A DNA stretch of 64,000 bases, taken from contig JBMFSS010000005.1 of NCBI GenBank assembly GCA_049967415.1, positions 6,044-70,043 of the forward strand, in the 5' to 3' direction. Below the pieces are notes generated by a model. It saw nothing but the letters and a program-made list of their open reading frames with translations. It did not search any database and was not told where the DNA came from. Both the position numbers and the translations under genes were made by a program. The first letter of the stretch is position 1, and each line of letters opens with the position of its first letter. This DNA comes from Candidatus Limnocylindrales bacterium (lineage in GTDB: Bacteria; Chloroflexota; Limnocylindria; Limnocylindrales; CSP1-4). Positions 53,825 to 63,634 of this stretch are shown here, in pieces.

Positions 53825-54795
53825 GCGATCTCATCCGGCATGCTGAACCCCACCCGGCGCGTGCCGCCGGTCCGGCGATCGCGAAGGCTTGCCAGCCGGC
53901 GCCGGACCAGGGCGATCTCGCCCGGGAGGTCGGATGCAAGCAGGCCGCTGTCGCCGAGCCGCTCCCGGATGGCGTCGCCGGCGGCCCCGTGCAGGTAGAC
54001 GCCGAGGCGCGCCGCCGCGTACGGGTCCAGACCCTGGCCGAGGAGAGCGCCGATGGTGCCTGCCAGGACGTCTCCGGTGCCACCGCTCCCCAGCGCGGGG
54101 TTCTCGAACGGCGCGCGTGCGGCCTCGCCGCCCGGGTCTGCCACGACCGTGCGGGCCCCTTTGAGGACCACCACCTGGCCCCACGCCCGCGCGGCCGACC
54201 GGGCCAGGCGCGCGCGCAGGTCGTCGTCGGCCGAGAGGTCACCCTCCGCCTCCGGCTGCAGGCGCCGGAATTCCCCGGGGTGCGGCGTCAGCACACAGGG
54301 GCAGTGCACGGTCCGGGGCCACCCCGGGCTGCGAGACAGAACGTTCAACGCCTCGGCATCCACCACGGTCGGTGCGCCGCCCTCCCCCAGGAGCAACCGG
54401 ACCAGGGCGTCGGTCGCCTCGCAGTGACGCAGCCCCGGTCCCACCACCAGGGCGTCATGCGGCAGGCTGCGGATCAGCGCGGCAGCAGCTGCGGGATCCA
54501 CCTCGAACGGCGCCGTCTCCGGCAACCCGACCGTGATCACCTCCACGTACCGCCCGGCCACCACGGGCTGCAGCGACCGCGGCACGGCCAGCGTCACCAG
54601 CCCCGCCCCGGCCCGGCCGGCAGCATGGCTGGACAGCAACCCTGCGCCCGCGTAGTCGAGCGAACCGGCCACCACCAGCACGCGGCCGTTGTCGCCCTTG
54701 TGGGCCCGCGAGTCGCGGCGCGGCACCAGTTCCGCCACCAGCGCGTCGTCGAGCGGTTGCATCGGAGCCTCCAGGTCCTTCGCCGCGGGGTTCAC
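53821..54795 (-). CDS. nnrD: ADP-dependent NAD(P)H-hydrate dehydratase (stand-alone)
   Basis: 'HKGDNG', 'GAGLV', 'VDAEAL', 'LTPHPGEF', 'GGTGDVLAG'. Confidence 0.92.
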   Translation of the reverse strand: MNPAAKDLEAPMQPLDDALVAELVPRRDSRAHKGDNGRVLVVAGSLDYAGAGLLSSHAAGRAGAGLVTLAVPRSLQPVVAGRYVEVITVGLPETAPFEVDPAAAAALIRSLPHDALVVGPGLRHCEATDALVRLLLGEGGAPTVVDAEALNVLSRSPGWPRTVHCPCVLTPHPGEFRRLQPEAEGDLSADDDLRARLARSAARAWGQVVVLKGARTVVADPGGEAARAPFENPALGSGGTGDVLAGTIGALLGQGLDPYAAARLGVYLHGAAGDAIRERLGDSGLLASDLPGEIALVRRRLASLRDRRTGGTRRVGFSMPDEIA

Positions 54796-55337
54796 GCCAA
54801 TGGTGCTCCTTCCCCTTCCTGCCGCACCTCGGCGGCCAGCGAGTGGATGCGCTCCAGGCGCTGCAGCAGCCGACGTTCCCGGTCGTCGAGGCGCTCCTCG
54901 ATGTCCGGCGGGAAGACGAACGCGCCACCCCGCGTGCGCACGCCCGACGCAACGGCCACCGCGTATTCGCGCTCGTGGGTGATCGAGACCGCGATGGCCC
55001 CCATGCCCAGCTGCCCGGCCCGGGCCCTCGCCCGGCCGGAGAGGCGGACGGCGGGCTGCCCGGTGGGGAGCCGCACCACTTCGATCTCCCGCCAGCCCAC
55101 CCCCCGCACGCCGAGGCCCAGCACCTTGCTCACGGCCTCTTTGGCCGCCCAGCGGCCGGCGAAGCGCTCGGCGTTCGTGGCAACGTAGCGGCCCTCGGCC
55201 GGGGTCAGAACGCGGCCCGAGAACCGTTCCCCGTGTCGCTGCAGCGCGGCCCGGATGCGCGACACGCGAATGATATCGACCCCGAGCTCGGTCGTGCCGG
55301 CCTCCGCCGGGCGCGGCTTGTCAACGCCTGGGCGCAT
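54792..55337 (-). CDS. acpS: Holo-[acyl-carrier-protein] synthase
   Basis: 'GVDII.V.RI', 'AGRWAAKEAVSK', 'VSITHE'. Confidence 0.93.
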   Translation of the reverse strand: MRPGVDKPRPAEAGTTELGVDIIRVSRIRAALQRHGERFSGRVLTPAEGRYVATNAERFAGRWAAKEAVSKVLGLGVRGVGWREIEVVRLPTGQPAVRLSGRARARAGQLGMGAIAVSITHEREYAVAVASGVRTRGGAFVFPPDIEERLDDRERRLLQRLERIHSLAAEVRQEGEGAPLA

Positions 55338-55348
55338 CTCGCCCCCCC

Positions 55349-57175
55349 CTACTCCACGGTCACCGACTTGGCCAGGTTGCGCGGCTGGTCCACGTCGGTC
55401 CCACGGGCCACCGCCATGTGATACGCGAAGAGCTGAAGGGGAATCACGGCCAGGATCGGGCTGAGCGCCTCGAGCGTGTCCGGCACCGCGAAGACGTCGT
55501 CGGCATAGCGCCCGATCTCCTCGTCGCCCTCGCTGGCCACGGCGATGACGCGAGCGTCCCGGGCGCGTCCCTCCATCACGTTGCTGAGCAGCTTCTCGTG
55601 CACGCTCGAGCGCGTGGCAACCGCCACCAGGGGCACCTCGGCGTCGAGCAGGGAGATGGGGCCGTGCTTGAGCTCACCGGCCGCGTATCCCTCCGCATGC
55701 GTGTAGCTGACCTCCTTGAGCTTGAGCGCCCCCTCCAGGGCGGCGGGGTAACTGACGCCACGGCCCACGAACATGAAGCCCCGGCTGTTGACGTAGCGCC
55801 CGGCGGCCTCGCGCACCTGTGCATCGAGCTCCAGGGCTCGCCGCGCCTGGTCTGGGAGCGCCCGCAACGCGGTCGCCAGCTGCCGTTCCGTCGCATCGTC
55901 AAGCCGGCCGCGCTCACGGGCAAGTGTCGCGGCCAGCATCACCAGCACCGTGACCTGCGCCACGAACGTCTTTGTCGCGGCAACCGCGATCTCCGGCCCC
56001 GCCTGCAGGAAGCAGACCGCGTCGGCCTCCCGCGTCAGCGCCGATCCCACGGTGTTGGTCACCGCCACCACGGGGCAACCGCGCTCCCGCGCCAGCCGGG
56101 TCGCCGCCAGCGTGTCAGCCGTCTCGCCGGACTGGCTGACGGCCACCACCAGCGTGGCAGGGCCCAGCGGGGGCGGCGCGTAGCGAAACTCGGACGCCAC
56201 CGTGACCCTGGCCGGGATGCCGGCCCAGGCCTCCACCAGGTGCGCTCCCACCATGCTCGCGTAGGCCGCCGTTCCACAGGCCACGAATTCCACCCGCTCC
56301 GCGCGTTCGAGCGCCGACCGGACGGGGCCCAGTTCCTCCAATACGATGCGTCCGCCCGCCGTGCGTCCGGTGACGGCCGTCCGGATCGCGTCGGGCTGCT
56401 CGTGCATCTCCTTGAGCATGAAATGGGGATAGCCGCCCTTCTCGGCAGCCTCGATGCCCCAGTCGACGAGGTGCGCCTCCCGGGCTCGTGGCTCCCCGTC
56501 GAGCCCGGTGATCCGGACGGCGTCGCGATTCAGGTCCACCACGTCGCCCTCTTCGAGAAAGACGACCCGGTTCGTGTAGGCCAGCACGGCGGCCACGTCC
56601 GAGGCGATGAAGTTTTCGCCATCGCCCAGCCCCACGATCAGCGGCACGTGCATCCGCGCTCCGATCAACCGGCCGGGCTCGCTCCGGTGCAGCGCCACCA
56701 GCGCGTAGGCACCCGACACGAGCGAGAGCGCCTGACGCACCGCGGCGCCGATGTCCCCGGCGTACGCCTCCTCCACCAGGTGCGCGAGCGCCTCGGTGTC
56801 GGTCTCGGACGCGAAGTGGTGGCCGCGCGCCTCGAGACCGTCCCGGAGCTCGCGGAAGTTCTCGATGATCCCGTTGTGGATCACCACGATGTCGCCGGTG
56901 CAGTCGAGGTGCGGATGCGCGTTCAGGTCGCTCGGGCGGCCGTGGGTGGCCCAGCGCGTGTGGGCAAGGCCGAACCCCGAGGAGGGAGCACCATCGCCCA
57001 GCGCCGTGCGCAGGTGCTCGAGCTTCCCCGCCCGTTTCTCGATGAACATGGAGCCATCCGTCCGGACCAGGGCGATCCCCGCCGAGTCGTAGCCCCGGTA
57101 CTCCATGCGCGCCAGCCCTTCGAGCAGGACCGGCGCGGCCTCGCGCGGCCCGGTGTACCCGACGATCCCACACAT
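55349..57175 (-). CDS. glmS: Glutamine-fructose-6-phosphate transaminase (isomerizing)
   Basis: 'MCGIVG', 'HTRWATHG', 'SQSGETADT', 'ELKHGP', 'PRNLAKSVTVE'. Confidence 0.98.
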   Translation of the reverse strand: MCGIVGYTGPREAAPVLLEGLARMEYRGYDSAGIALVRTDGSMFIEKRAGKLEHLRTALGDGAPSSGFGLAHTRWATHGRPSDLNAHPHLDCTGDIVVIHNGIIENFRELRDGLEARGHHFASETDTEALAHLVEEAYAGDIGAAVRQALSLVSGAYALVALHRSEPGRLIGARMHVPLIVGLGDGENFIASDVAAVLAYTNRVVFLEEGDVVDLNRDAVRITGLDGEPRAREAHLVDWGIEAAEKGGYPHFMLKEMHEQPDAIRTAVTGRTAGGRIVLEELGPVRSALERAERVEFVACGTAAYASMVGAHLVEAWAGIPARVTVASEFRYAPPPLGPATLVVAVSQSGETADTLAATRLARERGCPVVAVTNTVGSALTREADAVCFLQAGPEIAVAATKTFVAQVTVLVMLAATLARERGRLDDATERQLATALRALPDQARRALELDAQVREAAGRYVNSRGFMFVGRGVSYPAALEGALKLKEVSYTHAEGYAAGELKHGPISLLDAEVPLVAVATRSSVHEKLLSNVMEGRARDARVIAVASEGDEEIGRYADDVFAVPDTLEALSPILAVIPLQLFAYHMAVARGTDVDQPRNLAKSVTVE

Positions 57176-57199
57176 CGTGCTGCCCTCCTGTGCCCGGCG

Positions 57200-58540
57200 T
57201 CAGGCGGGCTGGTTGAGGCGGTCGGCCGCGAGGACCGCCAGCTGGTCGGCAAGAGAAGCGACGTGCTCCTCGCGCCGCCCCTCGACCATGATCCGCAGGA
57301 CCGGTTCGGTACCGGAAGGCCGCACCAGCACGCGGCCCCCGTCCGCCAGCTCGGCTTCGGCGGCGAGGATCGCCGCCACCAGGCCGGCATCTGCCTCCCA
57401 CTGGTCCTTGTGGCGGACCCGGACGCTGCGCTGCTGCTGCGGGTAGAGCGCGATCTCGCCGGCGAGCTCGGAGAGCGGCCGCCCACGGCGCGCGAGGATC
57501 CCGAGGACTTCCAGGGCGGTGACCAGGCCATCGCCGGCGTTGGCGTGTTCGGCAACGATCACGTGGCCGCTCTTCTCCCCGCCCAGCCCAGCCCCGGAGA
57601 CCAGCATCGCGTCCAGGATGTACTTGTCTCCCACGGGGGTGCGAAGCACCTTCCCGCCGGCCTGCTCGATGGCCGTCGCCAGACCGCCGTTGGAGAGGAC
57701 GCTGACCACAACCGTGCTGCCGGCCAGGGCGTCGCGCTGCAGCCGGTCGAGCGCGATGAGCCCGATCAGCCGGTCGCCGTCCACGACCCGTCCGCGCTCG
57801 TCCACCGCCACACATCGATCGGCGTCGCCGTCGAGGGCAAAACCCACGTCGAAGCCACCCCCCGCGACCTCGGCCGCGACCGACTCCGGATGCGTGGCTC
57901 CGCAGCCCAGGTTGATGTTCACGCCGTCGGGCGCGTCGTGCATGGTGGCGACGCGGGCGCCACTCGCCGACAGGATCCGCTCCGCGACCGCCCAGCCCGA
58001 ACCGTTGGCACAGTCGACCATCACCCGGAGATCGTTGGCGTTCCGACGGGCCAGGTCGATCCGGTGCGCCACGTACTGCTCCACCAGGGCCCGCGCGTCC
58101 ACCTCCCGCCCGATCCCCGCGTTGGTGGGGCCGGGCAGCTCCTCCGCGCGCCAGATCAGCGTGTCCAGCTCGTCTTCCAGTGCGTCGTCAAGCTTGACGC
58201 CGCGGCCGTCGAGCACTTTGAGCCCGTTGTCGTCCGCGGGGTTGTGTGAGGCGGAGACCATGATCCCGGCCGCGAATTCCCCCGTTCCGGCCAGGTGCGC
58301 AAGTGCGGGAGTGGGCAGCACCCCAGCGCGATATGCGTCCACGCCCATGGAGGTCGCACCGGCCACGATCGCGGCCACCAGCATGTCACCTGAACGGCGG
58401 GTGTCCTGCCCGAGCACGATCGGGCCGCGGCCACTGGCGAGGAGGTACGCGGTCGCCCGGCCGAGTGCATAGGCCAGAGTGGGCTTGAGATCGACGTTCG
58501 CCACGCCCCGGATCCCGTCGGTACCAAAGAGTCGTGTCAT
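57200..58540 (-). CDS. glmM: Phosphoglucosamine mutase
   Basis: 'FGTDGIRG', 'SASHNP', 'DGDADR', 'GGEKSGH', 'RPSGTEP'. Confidence 0.96.
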   Translation of the reverse strand: MTRLFGTDGIRGVANVDLKPTLAYALGRATAYLLASGRGPIVLGQDTRRSGDMLVAAIVAGATSMGVDAYRAGVLPTPALAHLAGTGEFAAGIMVSASHNPADDNGLKVLDGRGVKLDDALEDELDTLIWRAEELPGPTNAGIGREVDARALVEQYVAHRIDLARRNANDLRVMVDCANGSGWAVAERILSASGARVATMHDAPDGVNINLGCGATHPESVAAEVAGGGFDVGFALDGDADRCVAVDERGRVVDGDRLIGLIALDRLQRDALAGSTVVVSVLSNGGLATAIEQAGGKVLRTPVGDKYILDAMLVSGAGLGGEKSGHVIVAEHANAGDGLVTALEVLGILARRGRPLSELAGEIALYPQQQRSVRVRHKDQWEADAGLVAAILAAEAELADGGRVLVRPSGTEPVLRIMVEGRREEHVASLADQLAVLAADRLNQPA

Positions 58541-58542
58541 CC

Positions 58543-59802
58543 TCAGGCCCCTGGGCTGCTGGCTGGAGACGGACTGGGGCTGGCAGAGGGCGCACTGATC
58601 GTCACCTGGACCGAGCCCGGGCTGATGGCCACCACGGATGTCCCGGCGGGGGCCGAGAAGCGGGCGGGCAGCGTGAACGTGCCCGAATCCAGCCCCGCCA
58701 CGCTGACCGACGCGTAAAGAGACGCCGGGTCCACCAGATCGAGCGCCGTGCTCTGGCCGCCCAGGGTGACCAGGACGTCCGGGGCGCCCAGGCTGTAGAC
58801 GCGATCGGGCCGCGCGCCGACCAGGACCACGCCGGCTCCGAAGCTGCGCGTCCCCGTCTCCACCGCCACCCGCACGCGCACCTGTACCTTGCCGGGTCCC
58901 AGGATGCTCACGCCGCCGGGCGGCTGGAGAGCCACCGAGACGGTCTGATTCGTGCTCTTCCCCGTCATGCTGATGGGCGCAGTCGGGATGCCGATCAGCT
59001 GGTTCACGGTACTCCCCGGGCCGCTCACGGTCGCGGTGAGTGGCGTGACGAGCACGTCCTGGATCGCGTAGCCGGTGGCGAGCTGGCCGGTCACGCTGGG
59101 CAGGATGGGGAGCGTCCGGTTGACCTCCTGCTCACTGACGGCAATCGAGACATGCACGGCGGGTGGCGAGATGTCCACCGGACCCACGACCGAGCCCCGG
59201 CCATTCACGGCCACCAGGTCGATGTTCGCGTCCACGTTTGCGCCAGTGGGGTCGATCGCCACCCGTGCCTCGGCCGCCGCCACCTGGGTGACGAGCGAGC
59301 TCGCCCCCCGCACAGTCACGGTAGCGGGACTGACCGTGGCCGGTCCGGCGCTGAGCCCGGCTGGCACGCTGCCGCGCTGTACCTGCACGGGGACCTGCTC
59401 GCTGATCACCGGGTCGAGCCGGGCCACCACGGTGGCAGGCTCCCAGCCCACGATCTGGATCCGCTGGTCGCGCGCCACCACGCTCACCGGCACGTTGACC
59501 GGGGCACCGCCGGCCTGCGGGGTCACGCCGGCCAGGTTGGCGGTGGCCACGAATGACGAGCTGCTCACCTGGGCCGCCACGTCGAGCGGCGCGATGTACT
59601 GGACAGAGGTGACGCTCCCCAGGCTGGAGAGCAGGTAGGTGCCGGCCGGCTGGTTGACCGGGTCGATGGGCACCGCCCCGGACCAGGTCCGCGCATTCTG
59701 CGAGATCACCAGCCCCAGGTAGAGCACTACCGCCAGGGCGATCGCACCCAGGCGCAGGGGCCAGTTGCGGGACAGAACGCGGAGAATGCGACGGGCCGTC
59801 AC
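58543..59802 (-). CDS. cdaR: CdaR/YbbR-repeat diadenylate cyclase regulator
   Basis: N-terminal TM 'NWPLRLGAIALAVVLY', about four beta-rich repeats ('P.TVTV.G'); lies between cdaA and glmM. Confidence 0.87.
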   Translation of the reverse strand: MTARRILRVLSRNWPLRLGAIALAVVLYLGLVISQNARTWSGAVPIDPVNQPAGTYLLSSLGSVTSVQYIAPLDVAAQVSSSSFVATANLAGVTPQAGGAPVNVPVSVVARDQRIQIVGWEPATVVARLDPVISEQVPVQVQRGSVPAGLSAGPATVSPATVTVRGASSLVTQVAAAEARVAIDPTGANVDANIDLVAVNGRGSVVGPVDISPPAVHVSIAVSEQEVNRTLPILPSVTGQLATGYAIQDVLVTPLTATVSGPGSTVNQLIGIPTAPISMTGKSTNQTVSVALQPPGGVSILGPGKVQVRVRVAVETGTRSFGAGVVLVGARPDRVYSLGAPDVLVTLGGQSTALDLVDPASLYASVSVAGLDSGTFTLPARFSAPAGTSVVAISPGSVQVTISAPSASPSPSPASSPGA

Positions 59803-60743
59803 GGGCGGTCGGCCCGGCCTGCGGCCGCGGTCCCCGCGGCGTCCGGGTTGGGCCCATGTCGACCGATCCGGCGACCGACGCTGCCCGGTGCGCGAGGCGG
59901 CCGCCGGGACAGCCGCGGCCAGTGTTCGTAGATCGGCTCCTCGGCACCCGCCCGCAGCGACGCATCCAGCCGCAGCAGGGTGATGAGCGCCACGCGCAGC
60001 TGTTCCTCGTCGAGGTTGCGGACGATGCGCCCTCGCTCCACCAGGCTGATCGCGCCCGTCTCCTCGCTGACCACCACCACCAGAGCGTCGGTCTCCTCGG
60101 TGACGCCGAATGCCGCCCGATGCCGCGTGCCGAAGCGTTCCGCGCCCGGGGCGACCTCAGCCAGCGGCAGCACGACGCCGGCGGCCAGGATCCGACCGCC
60201 ACGGATGATCACCGCGCCATCGTGCAGCGGCGAACGCGGCATGAAGATGGTACGCAGCAGTTCGGCAGAGAGATCCGCGTGCACCATCACGCCACTCTCG
60301 GCAAAGTCCTCGAGACCGGTCTCCCGTTCGAGGACGATCAGCGCACCGTGACGGTCGGCCGAGAAGCCGGCTGCGGCCCGTGCGATCTCGTTCGCCACGT
60401 GCTCGATGGCGCCCTGTTGGCCGGGAGCGAGCATCCACCCCAGCGACCCCACGTGACCGAGCCGTTCCAGTGCCCGCCGCAGCTCCGGCTGAAAGACCAC
60501 CACCAGCGCAAACAGACCCACCACCGCGCTCGCCTGGAGGATCTGTGACAGGAGCTGCAGCCCCAGGAGCTGCGCCACCACGTAGACGCCGTAGAGCACC
60601 GTGACGCCGATCACCAGCCGCACCGCGCGGGTGTCACGGATCAGGCTGAACAGCCAGTAGATGAGCAGCGCCGTCAGACCGATGTCGATGAAGGTGGTCG
60701 GCTTCGGCTGAACCCCCGAGAGCAGGTCGAGGAGTGAAGGCAT
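59799..60743 (-). CDS. cdaA: Diadenylate cyclase CdaA (DacA)
   Basis: Three TM segments, 'VFQPELRRAL', 'LHDGAV', 'GTRHRAA', 'VSEETG'. Confidence 0.95.
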   Translation of the reverse strand: MPSLLDLLSGVQPKPTTFIDIGLTALLIYWLFSLIRDTRAVRLVIGVTVLYGVYVVAQLLGLQLLSQILQASAVVGLFALVVVFQPELRRALERLGHVGSLGWMLAPGQQGAIEHVANEIARAAAGFSADRHGALIVLERETGLEDFAESGVMVHADLSAELLRTIFMPRSPLHDGAVIIRGGRILAAGVVLPLAEVAPGAERFGTRHRAAFGVTEETDALVVVVSEETGAISLVERGRIVRNLDEEQLRVALITLLRLDASLRAGAEEPIYEHWPRLSRRPPRAPGSVGRRIGRHGPNPDAAGTAAAGRADRP

Positions 60744-60801
60744 CGGACGCTAAGTGTAGCAGCGGGCCTTCCTGCCCCTGCCGGGCCACCCCTGCCGGGC
60801 C

Positions 60802-61788
60802 TCAGGACCGCGGCAGCTCCGGTCGACCCGGCGCGCCGGTCGCGCGATTCCGCAGGGCCACAACCGCCTCGAGACCCGACTGGTCATGGTCGAGCTCCAG
60901 GAAGCGTTCCAGCAGCTCGAGCGTGGCCCGGGCGCGGTCCGGGTGGCCGGTTGCCACGTGGATCCGCGCCAGCGCAAGGTAGACGGCCGTGTCGCCCGGC
61001 GCCTCCATCAGTGCCTGAAGGCACTCGTCCAGGGCGGTGGCCGAGGCACCCCGTGCCAGGCAGGCATCTGCGGCGCGGACGTGGAGACGCGCGGCGCCAC
61101 GTGGATCGCCGGCCGCCGCCAGTCGCTCCGCCCCGGCGGCAAGAACCTCTCCATCCGCGCTGGCCGCCACATCCAGTGCGGGCTCGGCGCGGGGAGCCGG
61201 CGCCGGGGGGTGGACCGGCGGTATCGCCGCCGGGACCGATGCCACCGGGGGCGGAGCTGGGGCCCGCGCGGCAGGCGGCGTCCCGGGCTCGGGCGCGCTG
61301 GCGCTCCCCGCCGCCGCGGCCGAGGCATCCGGCAGCGGCCGCACCCCCGAGGCTGACTCGCGGGCCGCCTCCAGTTCCTGGGCCCGCATCCGACGTCGTT
61401 CGGTTGGTTGGAGGTCGCGCGCGCGCACCGCAGCCGCGCACCCTGCCTCGAAGTTCTCCGCCCTGGACAGCACCTCGACAAGCCGGTCCAGGATGACGGC
61501 CGCCTCTCCGGGTTCCCCGGCATGCTCCCGGACCCTGGCCGCGATCTCCAGCGCAGTTGGATCGTCGGGGCCCAGCCGAAGCGCCTCGCCGCTCTCGACG
61601 AGCGCCTCTTCGGTCCGGCCCAGCAGCAGAAGGACCTCGGCCATGCTCGAGTGGGGCACCGTGCGGTCCGGGCCGATGGCCGCGGCTGCGCGGTACTGGG
61701 CCAGCGCCTCATCGGGCCGACCTCGCAGGGCGGCGACGTGGCCCGCCCTGAGGGCTTCCTTGTACCGCTCGAAGATCGGATCCGCCAT
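60802..61788 (-). CDS. Tetratricopeptide-repeat protein with central Pro/Ala linker
   Basis: TPR-like helices ('ALAQYRAA...P', 'LALARIHV..G..DRA'); CACGCT 6 nt before the ATG. Confidence 0.75.
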   Translation of the reverse strand: MADPIFERYKEALRAGHVAALRGRPDEALAQYRAAAAIGPDRTVPHSSMAEVLLLLGRTEEALVESGEALRLGPDDPTALEIAARVREHAGEPGEAAVILDRLVEVLSRAENFEAGCAAAVRARDLQPTERRRMRAQELEAARESASGVRPLPDASAAAAGSASAPEPGTPPAARAPAPPPVASVPAAIPPVHPPAPAPRAEPALDVAASADGEVLAAGAERLAAAGDPRGAARLHVRAADACLARGASATALDECLQALMEAPGDTAVYLALARIHVATGHPDRARATLELLERFLELDHDQSGLEAVVALRNRATGAPGRPELPRS

Positions 61789-61974
61789 GCACCCAGCGTG
61801 GCACAACCAGGCGCCGCATGCACGTCGCCTGCTCCCTCAGCCGGTCACGGGGCCCGGCGAGAGCACCACCCCCTCCGTCAGCCTCTCGTGCGCCGAGAGA
61901 GGGGTGGCAGGTGGGTCGTGCCGGGCGGGCGGAGCGCGAGGCTCAGCCGACCCCCTGGCAGGACCCCCGCTCTC

Positions 61975-62376
61975 CTAGCGCTTGGTGTACTGCGGCGCCT
62001 TGCGGGCCCGCTTCAGCCCGTACTTCTTGCGCTCCTTCATCCGCGGGTCGCGAGTGAGGAGTCCAGCCTGCCGAAGCGGAACGCGGGTCGCCTCCGGGTC
62101 CGACTGCAACAGCGCGCGGGCGATTCCATGCCGGATCGCGCCGGCCTGGCCCTGGTACCCGCCGCCCTCGACCTTCACCATCGCGTTGTACTGGCCCTCG
62201 GTGCCGGTCACGCGGAACGGCATCAGGATCTCGGACTGGTTGATGGCGTTGCCGAAATGCTCGTCCAGCGTGCGCCCGTTGACCACCACTTCACCCTCCC
62301 CGGGGATGAGCCGGACTCGGGCGACGCTGGTCTTCCGGCGACCAGTCCCATAGTAGAAGGCGGCGTTGTTGGTCAT
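61975..62376 (-). CDS. rpsI: 30S ribosomal protein S9
   Basis: '[12 protein letters not shown]', '[14 protein letters not shown]', '[20 protein letters not shown]'. Confidence 0.99.
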   Translation of the reverse strand: MTNNAAFYYGTGRRKTSVARVRLIPGEGEVVVNGRTLDEHFGNAINQSEILMPFRVTGTEGQYNAMVKVEGGGYQGQAGAIRHGIARALLQSDPEATRVPLRQAGLLTRDPRMKERKKYGLKRARKAPQYTKR

Positions 62377-62393
62377 GCTGTCCTGGTCTCCGT

Positions 62394-62825
62394 TCAGGCG
62401 AGCGGCTCGGGCCGCTGTGCCTGGTGGGGGTGTTCGGCGCCTGCGTACACCTTCAGCTTGCGCAGCTGCTGCGCACCCAGGCGGTTGCGCGGCAGCATAC
62501 CCTTCACGGCGCGCCGGATGACCTCCTCGGGCCGCCGCTCCAGCAGCTCGCCGAGCGTCTCCTGGCGCAGGCCGTTCGGGTAACCACTGTGACGCGTGTA
62601 GACCTTGCTCTCACGCTTGTCACCGGTCACGGCCACCCGCGAAGCGTTCACCACGATCACGTGGTCCCCGCTGTCGATGTGCGTGGCGAACGTTGGCTTG
62701 TGCTTGCCCTCGAGGCCGCGCGCCACGCGCGACGCCAGGCGGCCGAGCGTCTGGTCGGTCGCGTCGACCACGAACCAGTGGCGCTCGATCTCCTTCTCGC
62801 TAGGCGTATACGTCTTCGTCGTCAT
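62394..62825 (-). CDS. rplM: 50S ribosomal protein L13
   Basis: 'WFVVDA...LGRLAS', 'GKHKP', 'AVKGMLP', 'HPHQAQ'. Confidence 0.98.
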   Translation of the reverse strand: MTTKTYTPSEKEIERHWFVVDATDQTLGRLASRVARGLEGKHKPTFATHIDSGDHVIVVNASRVAVTGDKRESKVYTRHSGYPNGLRQETLGELLERRPEEVIRRAVKGMLPRNRLGAQQLRKLKVYAGAEHPHQAQRPEPLA

Positions 62826-63627
62826 CCTTCTCCGTCCGTCGAGCCGGCCCGTCGTACACGACGCGCCGAAGGCACAGGCCCTGTGGCGGCGCCACTGCCC
62901 CGTGGAAGGCTCGGCCACCGGACTCCAAGGCCCCGGCGATCTCGCTCCCGGCGATCTCCCCGCGACCCACGCGGAGGAGCGCCGCCACGACGCTTCGCAC
63001 CATCTGGCGTAGGAACGCGTCCGCGGCGACGTCGATCGTCACCCGGTGCCCGATCCTGCGGATCCGGATCCAGTGTACGTTCCGGATCGGTTGTCGTTCC
63101 GCCGCCCCGAAGGCCGAGAAATCGTGCCGGCCCACCAGGGCCGACGCCGCCTCTGCCATCGCCGCGACGTCCAGCGGGGCCCGCACGCCAAGCGCGAAGC
63201 GCTCTCTGAGCGGGCTGCGCGGCCCGTTCCAGACGGTGTAGCGGTACTCCCGATACCGCGCCGCATAGCGAGGGTGGAAGCCCGGGGCCGCCCGACGCAG
63301 GCCGTGCACCCCGATGTCTTCCGGAAGGATGGCCGCGAGGGCCCGCTCGAGCTCCCTGATGGAGAGCCGCCCGGGATAGGCGAACGCGATCACCTGTCCC
63401 GACGCGTGCACACCGGCATCGGTCCGGCCGGCAGCCACCACCCGTACCCGGCTTCCGTCACCGAGTCGGGCGAGGGCTGCTTCCAGTTCCCCCTGGACGG
63501 TTCGCCGGCCAGGCTGAACCTGGAACCCGGAGAAATCCGTCCCGTCGTATTCAACCCGTGCACGGTAGCGCACGGGGCCGTTCTCTCGAACGGGCCTGGG
63601 ACCGACCTCGCGGCCGGTCGGCTGCAT
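62800..63627 (-). CDS. truA: tRNA pseudouridine(38-40) synthase
   Basis: '[11 protein letters not shown]', '[10 protein letters not shown]', 'HDFSAF', 'FLRQMVR'; start uncertain (ATG 63627 or a downstream GTG). Confidence 0.95.
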   Translation of the reverse strand: MQPTGREVGPRPVRENGPVRYRARVEYDGTDFSGFQVQPGRRTVQGELEAALARLGDGSRVRVVAAGRTDAGVHASGQVIAFAYPGRLSIRELERALAAILPEDIGVHGLRRAAPGFHPRYAARYREYRYTVWNGPRSPLRERFALGVRAPLDVAAMAEAASALVGRHDFSAFGAAERQPIRNVHWIRIRRIGHRVTIDVAADAFLRQMVRSVVAALLRVGRGEIAGSEIAGALESGGRAFHGAVAPPQGLCLRRVVYDGPARRTEKDDDEDVYA

Positions 63628-63634
63628 CGACGCT

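Noticed and set aside
57176-57199. glmS ribozyme
   Set aside because: The intergenic space is only 24 bp
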